NCBI RefSeq assembly: GCF_902713615.1
Contig: NC_052165.1
Location: forward strand, 71,129,480 to 71,193,479
Reading direction: 5' to 3'
Length of the DNA: 64,000 nucleotides
Origin: Scyliorhinus canicula
Taxonomy: Eukaryota
Position 1 is the first letter of the stretch. Every line of letters begins with the position of its first letter. Positions 11,790 through 24,719 of the stretch are shown here, piece after piece. The notes beneath the pieces are model-generated. The model searched no databases, was not told the origin of the DNA, and saw only the letters and a program-made list of their open reading frames with translations. The position numbers were made by a program, and so were the translations under genes.

Positions 11790-12775
11790 AAAAGGAAGAC
11801 TTGCATTTAATTTGTGTTTTTCATGACCTCTGGACATTTACAGCTAATGAAGTACTTTTGAAGTGTAGTCACTCTTGAAATGTAGGAAACATGGCAGTCA
11901 ATCTGTTCCCACAAATAGCAATGTGATAATAGCCAGATTATCTTGTTTTTGGGGTGTTGAATGAGGGATAAATATTGGCCAGGACACCGGGGTAATCTCT
12001 CTTGCTCTTCTTCAAAATGCTGCGGGATTCTCCGATCGCCGACGCCGAAATCGCGTTTGGCGATTGGCCGGAGAATTCACGTTTACACCAGCATCGGGGG
12101 TGGCGCCGTTTCTGCAATGCTCCACCCCCCCCCCCCCCACCCCCCATAAACGGTGTAATCGAGGAGTACGCCACACGCCGTATGGACGGCCTCAGGACGT
12201 CACCTGAGGCCCTCCCCCGATGCTCCGCACCCGATGGGCCAAGTCCCCGACGGGTTCGCTTGCGTGTGCTCACACTGTCCAGCACTGCCACCGTCGGGGG
12301 AGAGCCATTCTGCTGGCAGGGGGTGTTTTGGCAGGGGCTGGGGGAGGGGGGGGGGGGTGGCGGTCCGGGGGTGCCGAGGGGGTGACAGGGAGGCAGTTTT
12401 TGGCAGGCCAGGACTACGCATGGCCGGCGTCTTGTTGCAGGGCATGGCCACCGCAGGCTGCCGGTGTGCGCATACACGGCCACGGACCCGGCCATTCTGC
12501 GGCCGTATCCACAGGGGCTTTACGCTCGGGTTGGAGGATGAGGATCGGTGCGGGGGCGCTGACGGCCTTCTGGTTGTAAGACCAGATGGATCCTGTGGAC
12601 GTAGCCGCAGGATTGGAGAAACCAGCCTGGGATCTTTCACACCTACCCAAACAAGTAGATGGAGCATTGGACTTTCATCTCATCCAGAAATACAGCAAAT
12701 CTGACAGTGCAACTCTCCCTCACTGATGCGCAACCTTAATTTTTGTGCTCAGGTCATGGAGTGGGGATTGAATCT
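11790..12775 (-). mobile_element. DeuSINE-like element (SacSINE1/AmnSINE1 type), split by a MITE
   Basis: L2-like tail gacttgcattt..aatgaagtacttttgaagtgtagtcac and Deu-like gagggataaatattggccaggacacc; family recognised from memory. Confidence 0.65.
12021..12628. mobile_element. Harbinger-type MITE, related to 8441-9088
   Basis: gcgggattctcc..ggagaaaccagcc; internal similarity to 8441-9088. Confidence 0.78.
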
Positions 12776-12777
12776 AG

Positions 12778-13075
12778 AATTCATAGAATCCCTACAGTGC
12801 AGATGGAGGCCATTCAGCCCATCAGGTCTGTACCGATCCTCCAAAAGAGCCCACTACCTAGGCCCACTCCTCAGCCCTATCCCCATAACCCCACGCATTG
12901 ATGATGACCAATCCACCTAACCTGCACATCTTTGGAATGTGGGAGGAAACCGGAACACCCGGAGGAAGCCGACGAGTAGAACAGGCAAACTCCACACATA
13001 CAGTTATCCAAGGTGGGGATCGAACCTGGATTGTTGGTGCTGTGAGGCAGCAGTGCTAACCACTGTGCCACCCTG
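12778..13075 (-). mobile_element. HE1/V-SINE
   Basis: tRNA head (tggcacagtggttagc, ggttcgatcc) and V-domain gggtgttccggtttcctcccac. Confidence 0.85.
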
Positions 13076-13542
13076 CCAGTGATTCCAACGTGTGAATGCT
13101 ACCAACAGAACCAATTTAACCAGAGTCAGTTGGGGTATGCGGATTTACAACAGTGTCCGGGTTATAAAATGTTAAAATGTACCTGGGATCCTTTGGTTGC
13201 AAAGTAGGACTTCAGGCATGAGCAGAATTGGATTTAGGTTAGAATTAGAATGAGGCTTGCCTGTAAAGTCTTGAAGGAAACTGTTCCTCAGTTAGTATGG
13301 CGAAGAGGGGGAGAGAAAATTGAGCTTAGGTGTGATATATATTTTGCAAATAGACAGGAACACTTTTTATGCATTTGTTACATTTAACCCCCAATAGATT
13401 ACATTCAAATCCCCAATATTCAAACACGTCATAAGCGTCTGCCACATTTGGTAAAATGTACATCACTAGTTTCCAGGCCAAAACCTCCGAGGCCTTGCAC
13501 AACACCACCAACCTCCCGAACAATTAACTTTCGAAAGTGAAG

Positions 13543-13750
13543 GCTGGCACGGTGGCTCAGTGGTTAGCACTGCTGCCTCACGCGCCAAGGACCCGGGTTT
13601 GATCCCGGCAACGGTCACTGTCCGTGTGGAGTTTGCACATTCGCCCCATGTCTGCTTGGGTCCCATTCCCACAACGCAAAGATGTGCAGGCTAGGTGGAT
13701 TGGCCACACTAGAAATTGCCCCTTAATTGGAAAAAATAAAAATAAATATT
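13543..13750 (+). mobile_element. HE1/V-SINE, short form
   Basis: A/B boxes, V-domain, A-rich tail, approximate TSD tttcgaaagtgaa/ttttgaaaatgaa. Confidence 0.85.
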
Positions 13751-14367
13751 TTGAAAATGAATCCAGTAAAACTGTCCCACTCTCAGCCAACAGTTAAAAG
13801 TTGTCAAGCTCTAGGGTAGTTGTAATCCGTAGCATCCCACTGTTCTGTTTCTGCAACACCCTGTTCCTTCAGCGCTGCTCGCTGGATACACACACTCCAC
13901 CTGCGCATCTCTCGTGAGACCTGAACACTCATCAGAACACCCAGGAGCTGTCTGATTGGTTGAAATCACAGATCTTCGGTAACCGCCATTTTTGATTAAC
14001 CGATTGAGAATCGCTGCTGTGTCAATCTGGAAGCTGTAATCTCTGTGATCCGCTTGCAGCTCTCAGCCAGGATTCTCAAAGCTTCAATTTGACGCTCAGA
14101 AGGAAAACTATGGGCTGGATTTTCCGTTTTCAGGACTACGTCCCCAGGCTGTCGTGAAAACTGTGGTCTTTTATGCCAGAAAAACTGATGTCAACAGGCC
14201 ACAGATTCACTGCCGTGCAGGGGGCTAGCAGGCAGCTGTCGTGGAACTCGCAGCTCCAGCTGCCGTTATGGCCCCCGCACATCTGGGTTTCGCTCCCACA
14301 ACCCAAAGATGTGCAGAATGGATGGATTGGCCACACTAAATTGCTCCTTAAAAAAAAAAGAAAAACA

Positions 14368-14920
14368 AAGTCATGCTACAGTTGTATCGAGCCGCACTTG
14401 GAATATTTCGCATTTTGGTTGCCACACTACCAGAAGGATGTGGAAGCTTTTGAGGGTGTGCAGAGGAGGTTTACCAGGGTGTTGCCTGCTATGCGGAGAG
14501 GCTGAATAGACTCGGGCTGTTCTCATTGGAACGACGGAGGTTGAGGGGAGACCTGATAGGGGCCGACAAGATTATGAAGGGCATGGGTAGAGTGGATGGG
14601 TGGGCACTCTTTTCCAGGGTGGAGGGGTCAGTCACTAGGGGGCATAGGTTTAAGGTCCATGTGTCAAAGTTTAGAGAAGATGTGCGAGGCGGGTTATTTA
14701 CACAGAGGGTGGTGAGCGCCTGGAACGTGCTGCTGGGGGAGGTTGTGGAAGCAGATACATTAATGGCGTTTAAAAGGCATCTCGACAAATACATGGATAG
14801 GATGGATATAGAGGTAGACGGCACTAGGAAGTGCTGATGGTTTTGGCCAAGGTTGGTATTATGACCGGTACAGGCTTGGAGGGCTGAAGGGCCTGTTCCT
14901 GTGCTGTATTGGTCTTTGTA
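14368..14920 (+). mobile_element. CR1 LINE 3' fragment
   Basis: PHLEY, VQRRFTRVLP, ERRRLRGDLI, TRGHRFKV, FTQRVVSAWN. Confidence 0.9.
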
Positions 14921-15080
14921 GTCCTCCATGTAAAAAAAAATCACATGTGACCTTGAGAAATGTTTTCTCCAAAACAATTTTACTCATGAATAAAAGTTCC
15001 ACCCTCCAGAAGGGATAATGGTGAAATTTTATCAGTTGTATTCGCTGCCAAGGTGATAAATGGGAGAAGCCCTACCTCTC

Positions 15081-16660
15081 TGTAACGTTCCAGGCGAGGG
15101 ACCACAAGGAAGAGATGACGGTTAGAAAACTCAATATTTATTTAATCAAGTAATACAACTTCGACTCTCCAAAGTGTCTCCTTCCCAGCCCACAGTTGGA
15201 CCTGGTTTTTAATGTCACATGGAACCCTTGCTGAGGGTGTAGCTCTGCACCCTCATCTGGGGAAATCATATTCAGGTGAGGTCACGGGGACCCTCCTGTT
15301 GCAGACCCCGTGTCCTCCGGTCACGTTATAACACCCCACCCCACCCCAAGTCAGGTCATCTTCCATTTTGATGGCTGGAGGGGAAAAATCCTTCACCCTC
15401 TTTGCTCGGGGCTATTTTTCAAGCGCCCATTGGCCTGGGCACGGTGGGGTGTAACGGACCGGCGAGTGACATTTTCGGGCTGAACACCTGAGTGGGTCCA
15501 CGGTGTGGGGTTTGTTGCCCCCACCACCCCCCCCCCCCCCCCCCCCCCCCCATTGGATCCGTTGCGACCTCCATTGGCAACGTCTCCATGTCTGATTCGG
15601 GGTCAGATGAGTCGGCTTCCAACATCTCAAGATTGAGGGACGTCCGCCTCACCGGATACCAATGGTGGCTACACTGGCAGAAGGGCCACAACAGTACATG
15701 GGGCCTTTTGCTTTCCCTTGAGGACCTGTAACACACCGCGGGGGAAGTGGTCCACGTGCTTATTCGATTACTTTCCCTGCACGCTCACCGAATATGAAAC
15801 CGGGCTCCATCGTCACACCACTATCCCCTGGATCCACGATGCCCTGTCGGTGAAATTACGGACATCGACCAAGTTGTCTGCGGAGAATCCCCTCACAGCC
15901 TGGGTCATAGTGTTCTTGCTTGTCGCAGACCTTCCCTCCAATGTCCGGCAGGAAGGGTCTCAACTGTGTGCGCAGCCGATGACCCATTAAGAACTCTGAA
16001 AGTCCGTGAGGCCTGTCGTGAGGCGTGATGCGGTAATAGAAGAGGAGACGAACCAGACAGGTCTCTGGGGAACTGGAGGTCTGATTCCGTATTCCGAACT
16101 TAAAGGTCTGTACCACCCGCTCGGCCAACCCATTGGAGGATGGGTGGTAAGGTGTGGTGCACACATGGCGGACCACGTTCATCTTCATGAAAGTCCTGAA
16201 TTCCGCACTCCGGAAAGCCATGCTGTTGTCTGACACTAACACCTTTGGAAGCCTATGGGTGCTGAAAGTTTGTCAGTTGTACCCAATTGTACCCCGTGAT
16301 GTCGTTGTGTCATGCGGTGGACCTCCTTCCACTTCGAATGGGCGTCGACAAAGAGTAAGCACCATGGCTCCTTGGAGAGGTCCTGTGAAACCCACATGGA
16401 GTCGGAACCACGGTTGGCCTGGCCACTCCTATGGGTGCAATGGAGCTGTGGGGGGGAAGCTTCTGGCTCGGCCACCATACATAATTCGGTGCCAACATTT
16501 CATCTTCGAGACCACCGGATGCCCCCAGTGGATGTCTTGCAGGATTTCCCCCTGGCCCTTCTTGGGCGCACCCACCCTGGAGCCCCACAGCAGAACGCCA
16601 TCTACGACGTTCAGCTCTGCCACCTTTGTGGTGAATACATGCGGATCATCAGGGGAGGCA
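15081..16660 (-). mobile_element. Gypsy/Ty3 3' remnant (integrase, PPT, 3' LTR 15081-15333)
   Basis: LVSDN..F, TPYHPSSNGLAERVVQTFK, VDAHSKW, HWGHP; TG..CA LTR next to a polypurine tract. Confidence 0.85.
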
Positions 16661-16975
16661 GTGGTGTACTGGTATTATCACTGGACTAGTCATTTAGATA
16701 CCCAGAGCTATGCTCTGGCCAATAGGTTTCAATCCCGCCCTGGCTGATGATGAAATTTGGATTTAATAAGAATTAAAAGTCTATAAGGTGACCATGAAAC
16801 CATTGTCAACTGTGGTAAAAATCCATCTGGTTTACTAATGTCCTTTCGGGAAGGATCTGTCATCCTTACCTGGCGTGGCCTACATGTGACTCCAGATCCA
16901 CAGCAGTGGTTGACTGTTAAGTGCCCTCAGGGATGGGAAATAAATGCTGGCCCAGTTAGTGACATCCACATCCCA
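16655..16975 (+). mobile_element. tRNA-headed SINE-like repeat
   Basis: Homologous to 11395-11745 in the opposite orientation. Confidence 0.6.
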
Positions 16976-17194
16976 GCAGAGCATGATGTTGCACCCTATA
17001 TAGTGCTATGTGGCGGATGCTGGCCAACAGTGGATTTGTCTGCATTCTTCCATTTACCTGGGCCGCATGACTGGCAAGGAGCCCATGAAGCGTAACGCCG
17101 TAATCACCTCATCCGAGGCTGCGGGTGTCGGCATGCTGGTGGCAGCGGAAGTCGGCTGAGGGCGTCCACATGTGGGATCTTTGCTCCCGGCCCA

Positions 17195-17575
17195 CTCAAA
17201 GGCTCTATTTGTGGAGCCAGAAGAAATGGGGCGAGATACTAAATGAGTACTTTGCATCAATATTCAGCAGAGAAGGATTTGCTGGATAATGAGTCTTGGG
17301 AAGGGTGTGTAGCTATTCTGGGTCATGTGGATATCAAAACTGGGGAGGAGTTGTCCGTCTTAAAATGTATTAAGGCGGATAAGTCTCCTGGGCCTGATGG
17401 GATCTACCCCAGAATACTGAGGAAAGGAAGGAAGAAAATTGCTGGGGCCTTGACAGAAATCTTTGTATCCTCATTGGCTACAGGTGACATCCCAGACGAC
17501 TGGAGAATAACCAATGCTGTTCCGCTGTTTAAGAAGGAAGAAGGGATAATCCAGGAAATTATAGGCCGGTGAGCC
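17195..17575 (+). mobile_element. CR1 ORF2 internal fragment
   Basis: DKSPGPDGIYPRIL, IFVSSLATGDIPDDWRITNAVPLFKK. Confidence 0.88.
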
Positions 17576-17770
17576 TGATCCCAATCTGATCCCGGAGCAG
17601 AGAAGGTGGGAATATTCCTGCAGTCTAATGCCAATCTGATCCTGGAGCAGAGAAGGTGGGAACATTCCTGGAGCCTGATCCCTATCTGATCCCGGAGCAA
17701 AGAAGATGGGAAAATTCCTGGAGTCTGATCGCAACCTGATCCCAGAGCAAAGCGGGAAAGAACTTCTGGA
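17571..17770. repeat. 50-bp minisatellite, 4 copies
   Basis: gagcctgatcccaatctgatcccggagcagagaaggtgggaatattcctg with period 50. Confidence 0.92.
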
Positions 17771-19549
17771 ATCGATGGTGTCACAGTAATTGGGATTGGC
17801 CCATGACTGGTTTAAGAAGTGGTGAATGGCTCTCTGACCTGCCGACTACTTTTTAAACTTGAAGCAATCCTGGGTCTGTTTAACGTTTTGCTTTCCACAG
17901 AGCTTTAAAATGATAGCAGCAAATTTCCATAAGTGCCTCAGACACTCCTGCAAAGTTTTTCATATGCATTTTAAACCTCTATGTAGTTCCCATTTAGTTT
18001 TACCGTGGCACTGGTGCCAGGGTGCCACTCCCCAAATCTTGCCATCCTGGAGAACAACTTAGTTCAGCCTAGTGGGGGCACCGACCTTGCTGATACCTTG
18101 GTATCGGAGATACAAAGGCGCAATTTTGACATTTGACAAATGAAAACAAAAGTTTTTTAAGTGCAGAAGAACTGAGGCTGGAAAGGATAATGGGTATTTC
18201 GAGGAACCTTGGTAGGGTTGGCACTGACTCACAGCTGCTGACACTTGCAGGTGGGCACATTGTCTCCCATTTGCATGCTCCATCTTTCTGCAGGAATTGC
18301 CCTGCAGATAACCTGCTTTTTCCGATTATTAATTAAGATGTAAAATGATATTGCATTGGTCCTTTGTCAGCCCGTTGGTTTAAAACATGACCTGTGTCAT
18401 ATATCACAAGGACTTATTGATAGTTAGAGGGCGTGAGTATGCACGCTGATAGTTTTGATTGTGCATTACCTGCTGTGTTTGTCCGCAGCAGAAGCAGGGA
18501 CACAGATGTGCATCCTTCCTGCATGGTACATGGATTAATTTACCACAGGGAGCGCAGTAAATGAATCGTGATGCAATTAAGCGTTCCCTTCATTCAAAAT
18601 CTAACAGTGCCAGCACAATGGTGCTATTCTTAACTGTTCTGGAGTGGGGAGACTTGGGCAGGTGCAGCTGTTTGCATGCAAGAGGAAACACATGTTGTAT
18701 GAAAGAAAGAAAGCTTGTGTACACTATATTAAAAAAAACCTTTACAACTGAAATATAATCTTGAGATGTAGCAGCTGATAGAACCAATTTTAGAGGTTGT
18801 TAAAGAGTTTATACTACATTAAATGTATTCCCAGGGGTCTAATTTTTCATGGTGATACAGGCCTAACCTTTCCTTTATGGAAAGGTTAATAGGCATCTAT
18901 ATGGAGTTTGGTAAATCACTTGCTGCTGTGCACCATTTCAATAGTGCAAGTCAAGTCATAAAACAGAAATTAGGGGTTATCACATATGCGGTACTGCATA
19001 TAAAATATACACCTCCTCCTTTATCGTTTTATTATGTTCTATGAACAGTGCACGGCCATTTGACAAGTGAAGCATCGATTTACCCTTCAAGACCTCTCTT
19101 TAAGATCTTTGAAAATGGAGGTCGAGCAACAAAACCCCGCATGCTCGTTGCATGAGTGAACTCGGTGTCTTTTCTGGGTTTTTCTTTACAGTAGGGAAGG
19201 ACTATGCAAAAGATTTGATACCAATAACCAGCTGATTTACATTTTCATTCTGCTGCTCTATGGCACAATCAGCATGGCACGCAAGACTCTGATTTTATGC
19301 CTTACGTTTCTCACTGTTGCTGTGTGTTCATAGCCCATAGTAAACTAATCATAGGATAATATCCTGATGATGACGAGCTACAAAGAACCACATTTCTGCA
19401 TGTCAATCAGAAATCCTTTACTCTAACTTCTAACTACAGAAAGAAAGGATTTGCATTTGCATAACTCAATCCATGCCTAAGGAGGCCCCAAAGTACATGA
19501 TCTGATACAACTGAGTGGCTTCTGGGCCACTACAAGTCAATTCTATTGG

Positions 19550-19845
19550 TGTAGAACTGGAGTCATACAAAGGCCATACTGTGATATCCCACCCCCAGAA
19601 CGCATGGGGATAACTCGGTCGAGCTCCCCGTGTGGCCTGTGGCGTATGAGCTCCCCGCTGAGGGGTGGAGGCCCAACAGTAGGGCTCATTAATTCCCCAA
19701 GATGAAAGCCAACCCAAGCAGGAGCTGGCATTTCAGGATGGCTCCGGCTGGGACTTGGCATGTTGCTTGTTTGCTGTATCTCCGAACTGTGAGTAGGAAA
19801 TAAACTACTTTTGACTTACCTTTTCGGGGCTCCTCATTGACTACA
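19550..19845 (+). mobile_element. Putative solo LTR
   Basis: tgtag..ctaca inverted ends and AATAAA near 19799; no TSD found. Confidence 0.4.
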
Positions 19846-19910
19846 ATACAGACCCTAATTAGCCAGTTGGGTTTTCACACAGTCTGACTATTTTATGATC
19901 ATTTCTTTTA

Positions 19911-21785
19911 CTCCACAAGCTGGCACAGCAGCGGGGTGAGATGCTGGAGGAGGAGAAACATGCGGCCTCACCTGAGGAGGAAGAGGAAATGAAAATCGCT
20001 TATTGTCACGAGTAGGCTTCATTGAAGTTACTGTGAAAAGCCCCTAGTCGTCACATTCCGGCGCCTGTCCGGGGAGGCTGGTATGGGAATCGAACCATGC
20101 TGCTGGCATGCATGGTCTGCTTTAAAAGCCAGCGATTTAGCTGAGTGAGCTAAACCAGCCCCTGGAGGTGCCAGACCAGGAGGAGCTGGAGGATGAGCCT
20201 GGCGAGGAGGCACAGGAGATGCCAGAGGATGGAGGACAGATGGCGGCAAGGGTCTGGCATGCTCAGGGAGACCCCATCCTGTTCTGATTCTCATTGGACG
20301 AGGCTCTGTCCATCACCCCCTTCACCACCCAATCCCTCCTTCCTCCAATTCCCCTCCCCCCAATTCTTCCTACCCCCATTCCCGTTATTCCCACCTGTTT
20401 CCCTCCTTCACCCCCCTCAGTTCCCAACCCTTCCCCAACCTTCTCCCTCCCCCACTACCCTGTTCCATCCTCCAAGTGCAGGGCTCACACCCACCCTCTG
20501 TACGGGGTCTGCACTGGGGCCGTTTGATCTTGGACCACTGTGCCTGGGGGGGGGGGGGCGGGGAATGGGGGGAGTAGGGTGTAACATGGGATAGGGGTGC
20601 AGGCAAGCCCGCTGTGAAGATTAACATGACAGAGGATTGACACGTATCAAGTGAAACATGTTTTAATTGTGAACGTTTAACATTTCCATTCCCCCCAGCT
20701 ACAGGTAGTGCCCCCCCCTCCCGTTTCCCCCCCGTCCAGTGCCTAATCAGTGATCCTCTCTCTTCTCAATCTTTTTGCCAAGTCTAGTCCCCAGGATGCA
20801 CATCGAAGGTGGAGGTAGCATACTCCAGAGGCCTTGAGTCATCTATCTCTGCCAGCCCTGGCGGCTCCTCATTGTCTGCACCATGGTGTCAATGCCCTCA
20901 GTGATGGTCCTCAGTGACTGGGCAATGCTCTGCAGTGCCCGGGCAATGTTCACCTGCGTCTGGGACATGTCCCTCAGCACCTGGGAAATGATGCCGAGGC
21001 CCTCAGCCATGGTCGGCACAGACTGAGCCATGCCTTGGTCACGACCACTGAAGACGCGGACATTGTGCTCTAGGCTTTCCACTGCGGTCACCACCCTAGC
21101 AATGTTGGCCTCATCGCCTGCGCCTGTAGCCTTTGGGACTCCCCCAATCAGCTATGCACTCGCTTGTATATCACTGCATCCCCTCCTGAACTTCACGGCT
21201 GTTCCTGTCATCTGCATCAGCACTGGGAGAACCTTGTCCAGAGGCTCGACATTTGACTGGCACCCAGCTGAGTCCTGGGATCCAGCAGACCTCTGACTGC
21301 TGACTCCCCTGGACATTGCTGCCTCCACCTGATGTGCGTCAGCAACTGTGTGGAGCTCACAAGATTGTGCCCCAGAAGCCTGTCCACTCGTGTCTCCCTC
21401 CGAGGTCTGTGTCTGCTTCAGTGCAGAATGGTGGTCTCTGCCGAGTTCATCTCCAAGGTGGTCTCTTGGGTTGCAGGAGGGGGGTTGCTCGGCCCCAGGT
21501 GGAAATACTGTGAGGCAATGAACATGTGGTCAGTGAGAGGGAAGGATTATTTTGTCTGACCTGAACAACTCACGAGACAGGTTATCTGGGTGAAGGGCCA
21601 ATGGATCCTCATCCGTGAGGCACAGGCCAACCTTGCTGTTAGTGACTACTCTCTCCTCGGCCAACCCCCGACATCCAGGGCCTGTTCCTCATGGGGGGAG
21701 AGGTCTTGGCCTTTTCCCGTTTATTAAAGGCTATCTTCTCTGCGGAGACAAAGAGCGGTCATTGTGAGTTGCATGCCTAATGGGT

Positions 21786-21818
<33 letters not shown>

Positions 21819-22527
21819 GAATCTGCAGCAGATGACGTGTGGGCACCTCACCTGGACATGAAGGGGTTGTACTGGAGGGTGCCAGTGCGCTCTGATTCAC
21901 CAGACGCACATCTCAGCGTCTTGCCACTAACAAGGGGGAGAGGATATGAGGTGTCAGCCAGTGATTGGGACAGTCTAGGGGAAATATGAGGGGTGTAGGC
22001 AGAACTGATGCCAGGAGAGAGATGGTAACTTACCCTTGCAGCTTGGTGGAGGTCGTTGGTCTTCTTCCAGGACGGCAGCCCTCCTTGTCATTCTGCCCAC
22101 ACTGACAGCTGCAGCCACTACCTCTGCGTGGTTTTGGTGACCCTTCTGCTGGTCCTCCAACCCCCCCCCCCTCAGGAGAACAGGATGCCTCCTCTCAAAT
22201 TCACAGCATCGAGGATCCTGGCCAGGTTGGCGTCCCCAACACGAGGAGCAGGTCTGTCTGCGCGCTGCCATGCTTACGTGTTGACTTGAGTGAGTGGTGA
22301 GGGAGCGTTTAAAGCAGCTCCCCATTGTTAGCGGCGAGATGCTGAGGTGGGCGTCTGGCGAACCCGACGGCGGGACAGCCAGTAATGGCGAGAAGTTTGC
22401 GGGGGCTCATTTCCGACACTAAGTGCTGCTAAATTTGTGCCGCGATCTCACCAAAGCGGCTGTCGCAAAACGCCCCTTCAATCACGCTCAAAATGACACC
22501 TAAACATTTTTCTGTTGCATCGTGCCC
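19911..22527 (-). mobile_element. Decayed PIF/Harbinger transposon: spliced Myb/SANT gene (-) converging on an acidic transposase tail (+)
   Basis: Minus strand MAARR..DLARILDAV..AAAVS; donor near 22033, acceptor near 21740, then EKIA..NKREKAKT; coiled-coil ORF 20843..21094. Confidence 0.65.
19988..20162 (-). mobile_element. Short tRNA-derived SINE, same family as 52443-52628
   Basis: Near-identical to 52443-52628; gggctggtttagctcac head and ggttcgattcc B box. Confidence 0.85.
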
Positions 22528-22960
22528 AATGTTTTTGTCCATATTAGTTGAGCGATATATGTTGGTCAGGGCAGGGGAGTATTTTCCTGTTCTTCTTTAA
22601 ATTTTACAATTGGAGGTTTTGCAGTCATCTCCTGCCATTTGCCACCCCCTCTATTGCAAACTTGTTTACCCACGAGAATGTGCATGGACACCAAATCACC
22701 GTTTATGAGTGCAAAACTTTGCACATTGATGATTTAGACTCTCTTGTTAAACTGTTAAACTCTCACCACTCCCACGTCTCTCCCTTGTAGAAAGTGTGCA
22801 TTGGCCTACACTGTCTGTACACGTCTGCAAGCTCACTGTTTGTGACTTCACCCAATGTGGAATTTCCCAGGAATGGAACCCCACACATGATGGGAATTGA
22901 CTGTAAATTCGTCTGAGAGGGTAAACAGGACCTCGGTTTAATATCCCACCCAAAAGATGA

Positions 22961-24047
22961 TGGGGAAAGATTTACCACCCCGTTTTGGTGGGTAAGGAAT
23001 GGGGGAGGGGGCAGAGAACTGAACAGGAGACCCAAAAAGACGTTGAAGCCGGCAGGATTTCTCTGCTCAATTATCAAGCCCCCCACCCCTGCCTCACCAA
23101 TGACTGACACCCATTTACATCAAATTTACAATGCAGGTCAGGCGTTTAAGCCTGATTGACCCCCCACTTTGGATTGTCCATTGTGAACCATGACAGGTCC
23201 CTCATCACATGAATCTGACGAACAGAACCCAATGGAGGTGCATAGGTGAGTACAGTCCCCAAGTTGGGCGGGTCATGCCTGGGTAGCACCCTGGCACTGC
23301 CTAGGCACTGTCCCTGGCAATGCCTGCAGCATTGCCCCGTCACTGCTCCAGTGGCATATCTCCTGGCACTGCCCTCTGGTACTGCCACAGAATTGCCCAG
23401 GCACTGCCCAGGCACTTTCCCCTAGTATTGCCACTGGCACTGTCCCCTGGCACTGCCTAGGTACTGCTCCATGGCACTGCCCAGGCACTTTCCTCTGGTA
23501 TTGCCACTGGTACTGCTCCATGGCACTGCCCAGGCGCTGCCAACTGGTACTGCCCCAGGGATCTGTGCCTAGGCAGTGCCAGGAGAGTGCCATGGGGCAG
23601 TAGCCTGGTGCAGCGCCTGTGATGAGAGTTCTGTGAAGTGGGGGTGGCTTCTATGTCTGGAGCGGGGAGCTCTGTGGTGGAGGTGGTTCCTTTTCAGTAT
23701 GAGGGAGTCTGCGTCTGGGGGGGCACTGTGCTGGGAGGGGAGGTTCCGTTTCCATGGAGACATGGTATTTTCTTCTTTTTTTTAACATCGGTTTGCCCTT
23801 TTAAAAGGTTGGCCCGATTTTTTTCAGGGCCTACCTTGCTGGGGCAGGCTTATTTAGAGTCCACACTGCCAGTGTGTCGTTGTGGGTCCCACCCCCCGGG
23901 TCCCCCCCCCCCCCCCCCCCCCACCCCCCCGGTTTATTTTGACTGAGTGTCGAAGAATATGGTAGGAAATGGCGCAGCCAACGGGCGACACCTCACTTTT
24001 CCCACTTCTCCAGTTGTCACTTCGTCAAAATCAGAAAATTCCACCCG
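22961..24047. mobile_element. Non-autonomous TIR element (Harbinger-like) splitting a DeuSINE-like remnant
   Basis: Degenerate TIR-like ends; SINE-like sequence on both flanks (~22890-22960, ~24100-24170). Confidence 0.45.
23280..23600. repeat. Degenerate ~11-bp minisatellite (tggcactgccc)
   Basis: Many ggcactgcc/ggtactgc units; orientation flips near 23572. Confidence 0.85.
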
Positions 24048-24719
24048 ACACCTTTGCCAATGCTGGAAAGATCAGGCTGGATAATGTATTGAAGACCCTG
24101 GAGAGGGGCTTCAACCCAAAGATTTCTGACTCAGAGGCTAGATTAGTACCAATTAGCTAAGGCTGACACCTAGAAATATTACACTCAATTACATATAGAT
24201 TAGCAAATGACTTGAAATATGTTTTAGCACAAATGAAGCCGAGACATAATGTAACAAATTAACAAGCTCAAAATATTCATTAACATTACCCAGATCTCTT
24301 AATTATGCCAGAGCTTTTTGAAAGATTAAAAGCCCTGTGTTAATCTGGGTGATATGCACAATTACATTTCCTTTATTGCAACAAAGGGATAATTGGCTTG
24401 TTGGTTCTTTTACTCGACAATCATCAATTGTGGCTTTTGTATAATCTATAAGGAACAAGGATACGGCCAGATTACAGTGAAGGTTACTTGATGGTAACAG
24501 AAGATAAGGGTCGAGATTCTCCGTTCCAGAGTCGAAGTGCTCCTGCCAGCGGAAAATCGGGATTGTGTTCTACTGGGGCTGGGAGAGCGCCAGGGTGGGA
24601 TTTTCAGGATTTGACTATGCAACAATATGTATAATGTCAAGCACGCTGGTTTCTCTGCAGTTACTGGGGTCGGGCCCCATTTTTAACAGACACCCCAATC
24701 CCAGCTTCCAGAGACATGC

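Noticed and set aside
13543-13620. tRNA genes (here and at other SINE heads)
   Set aside because: A/B boxes run into V-SINE bodies; no complete cloverleaf
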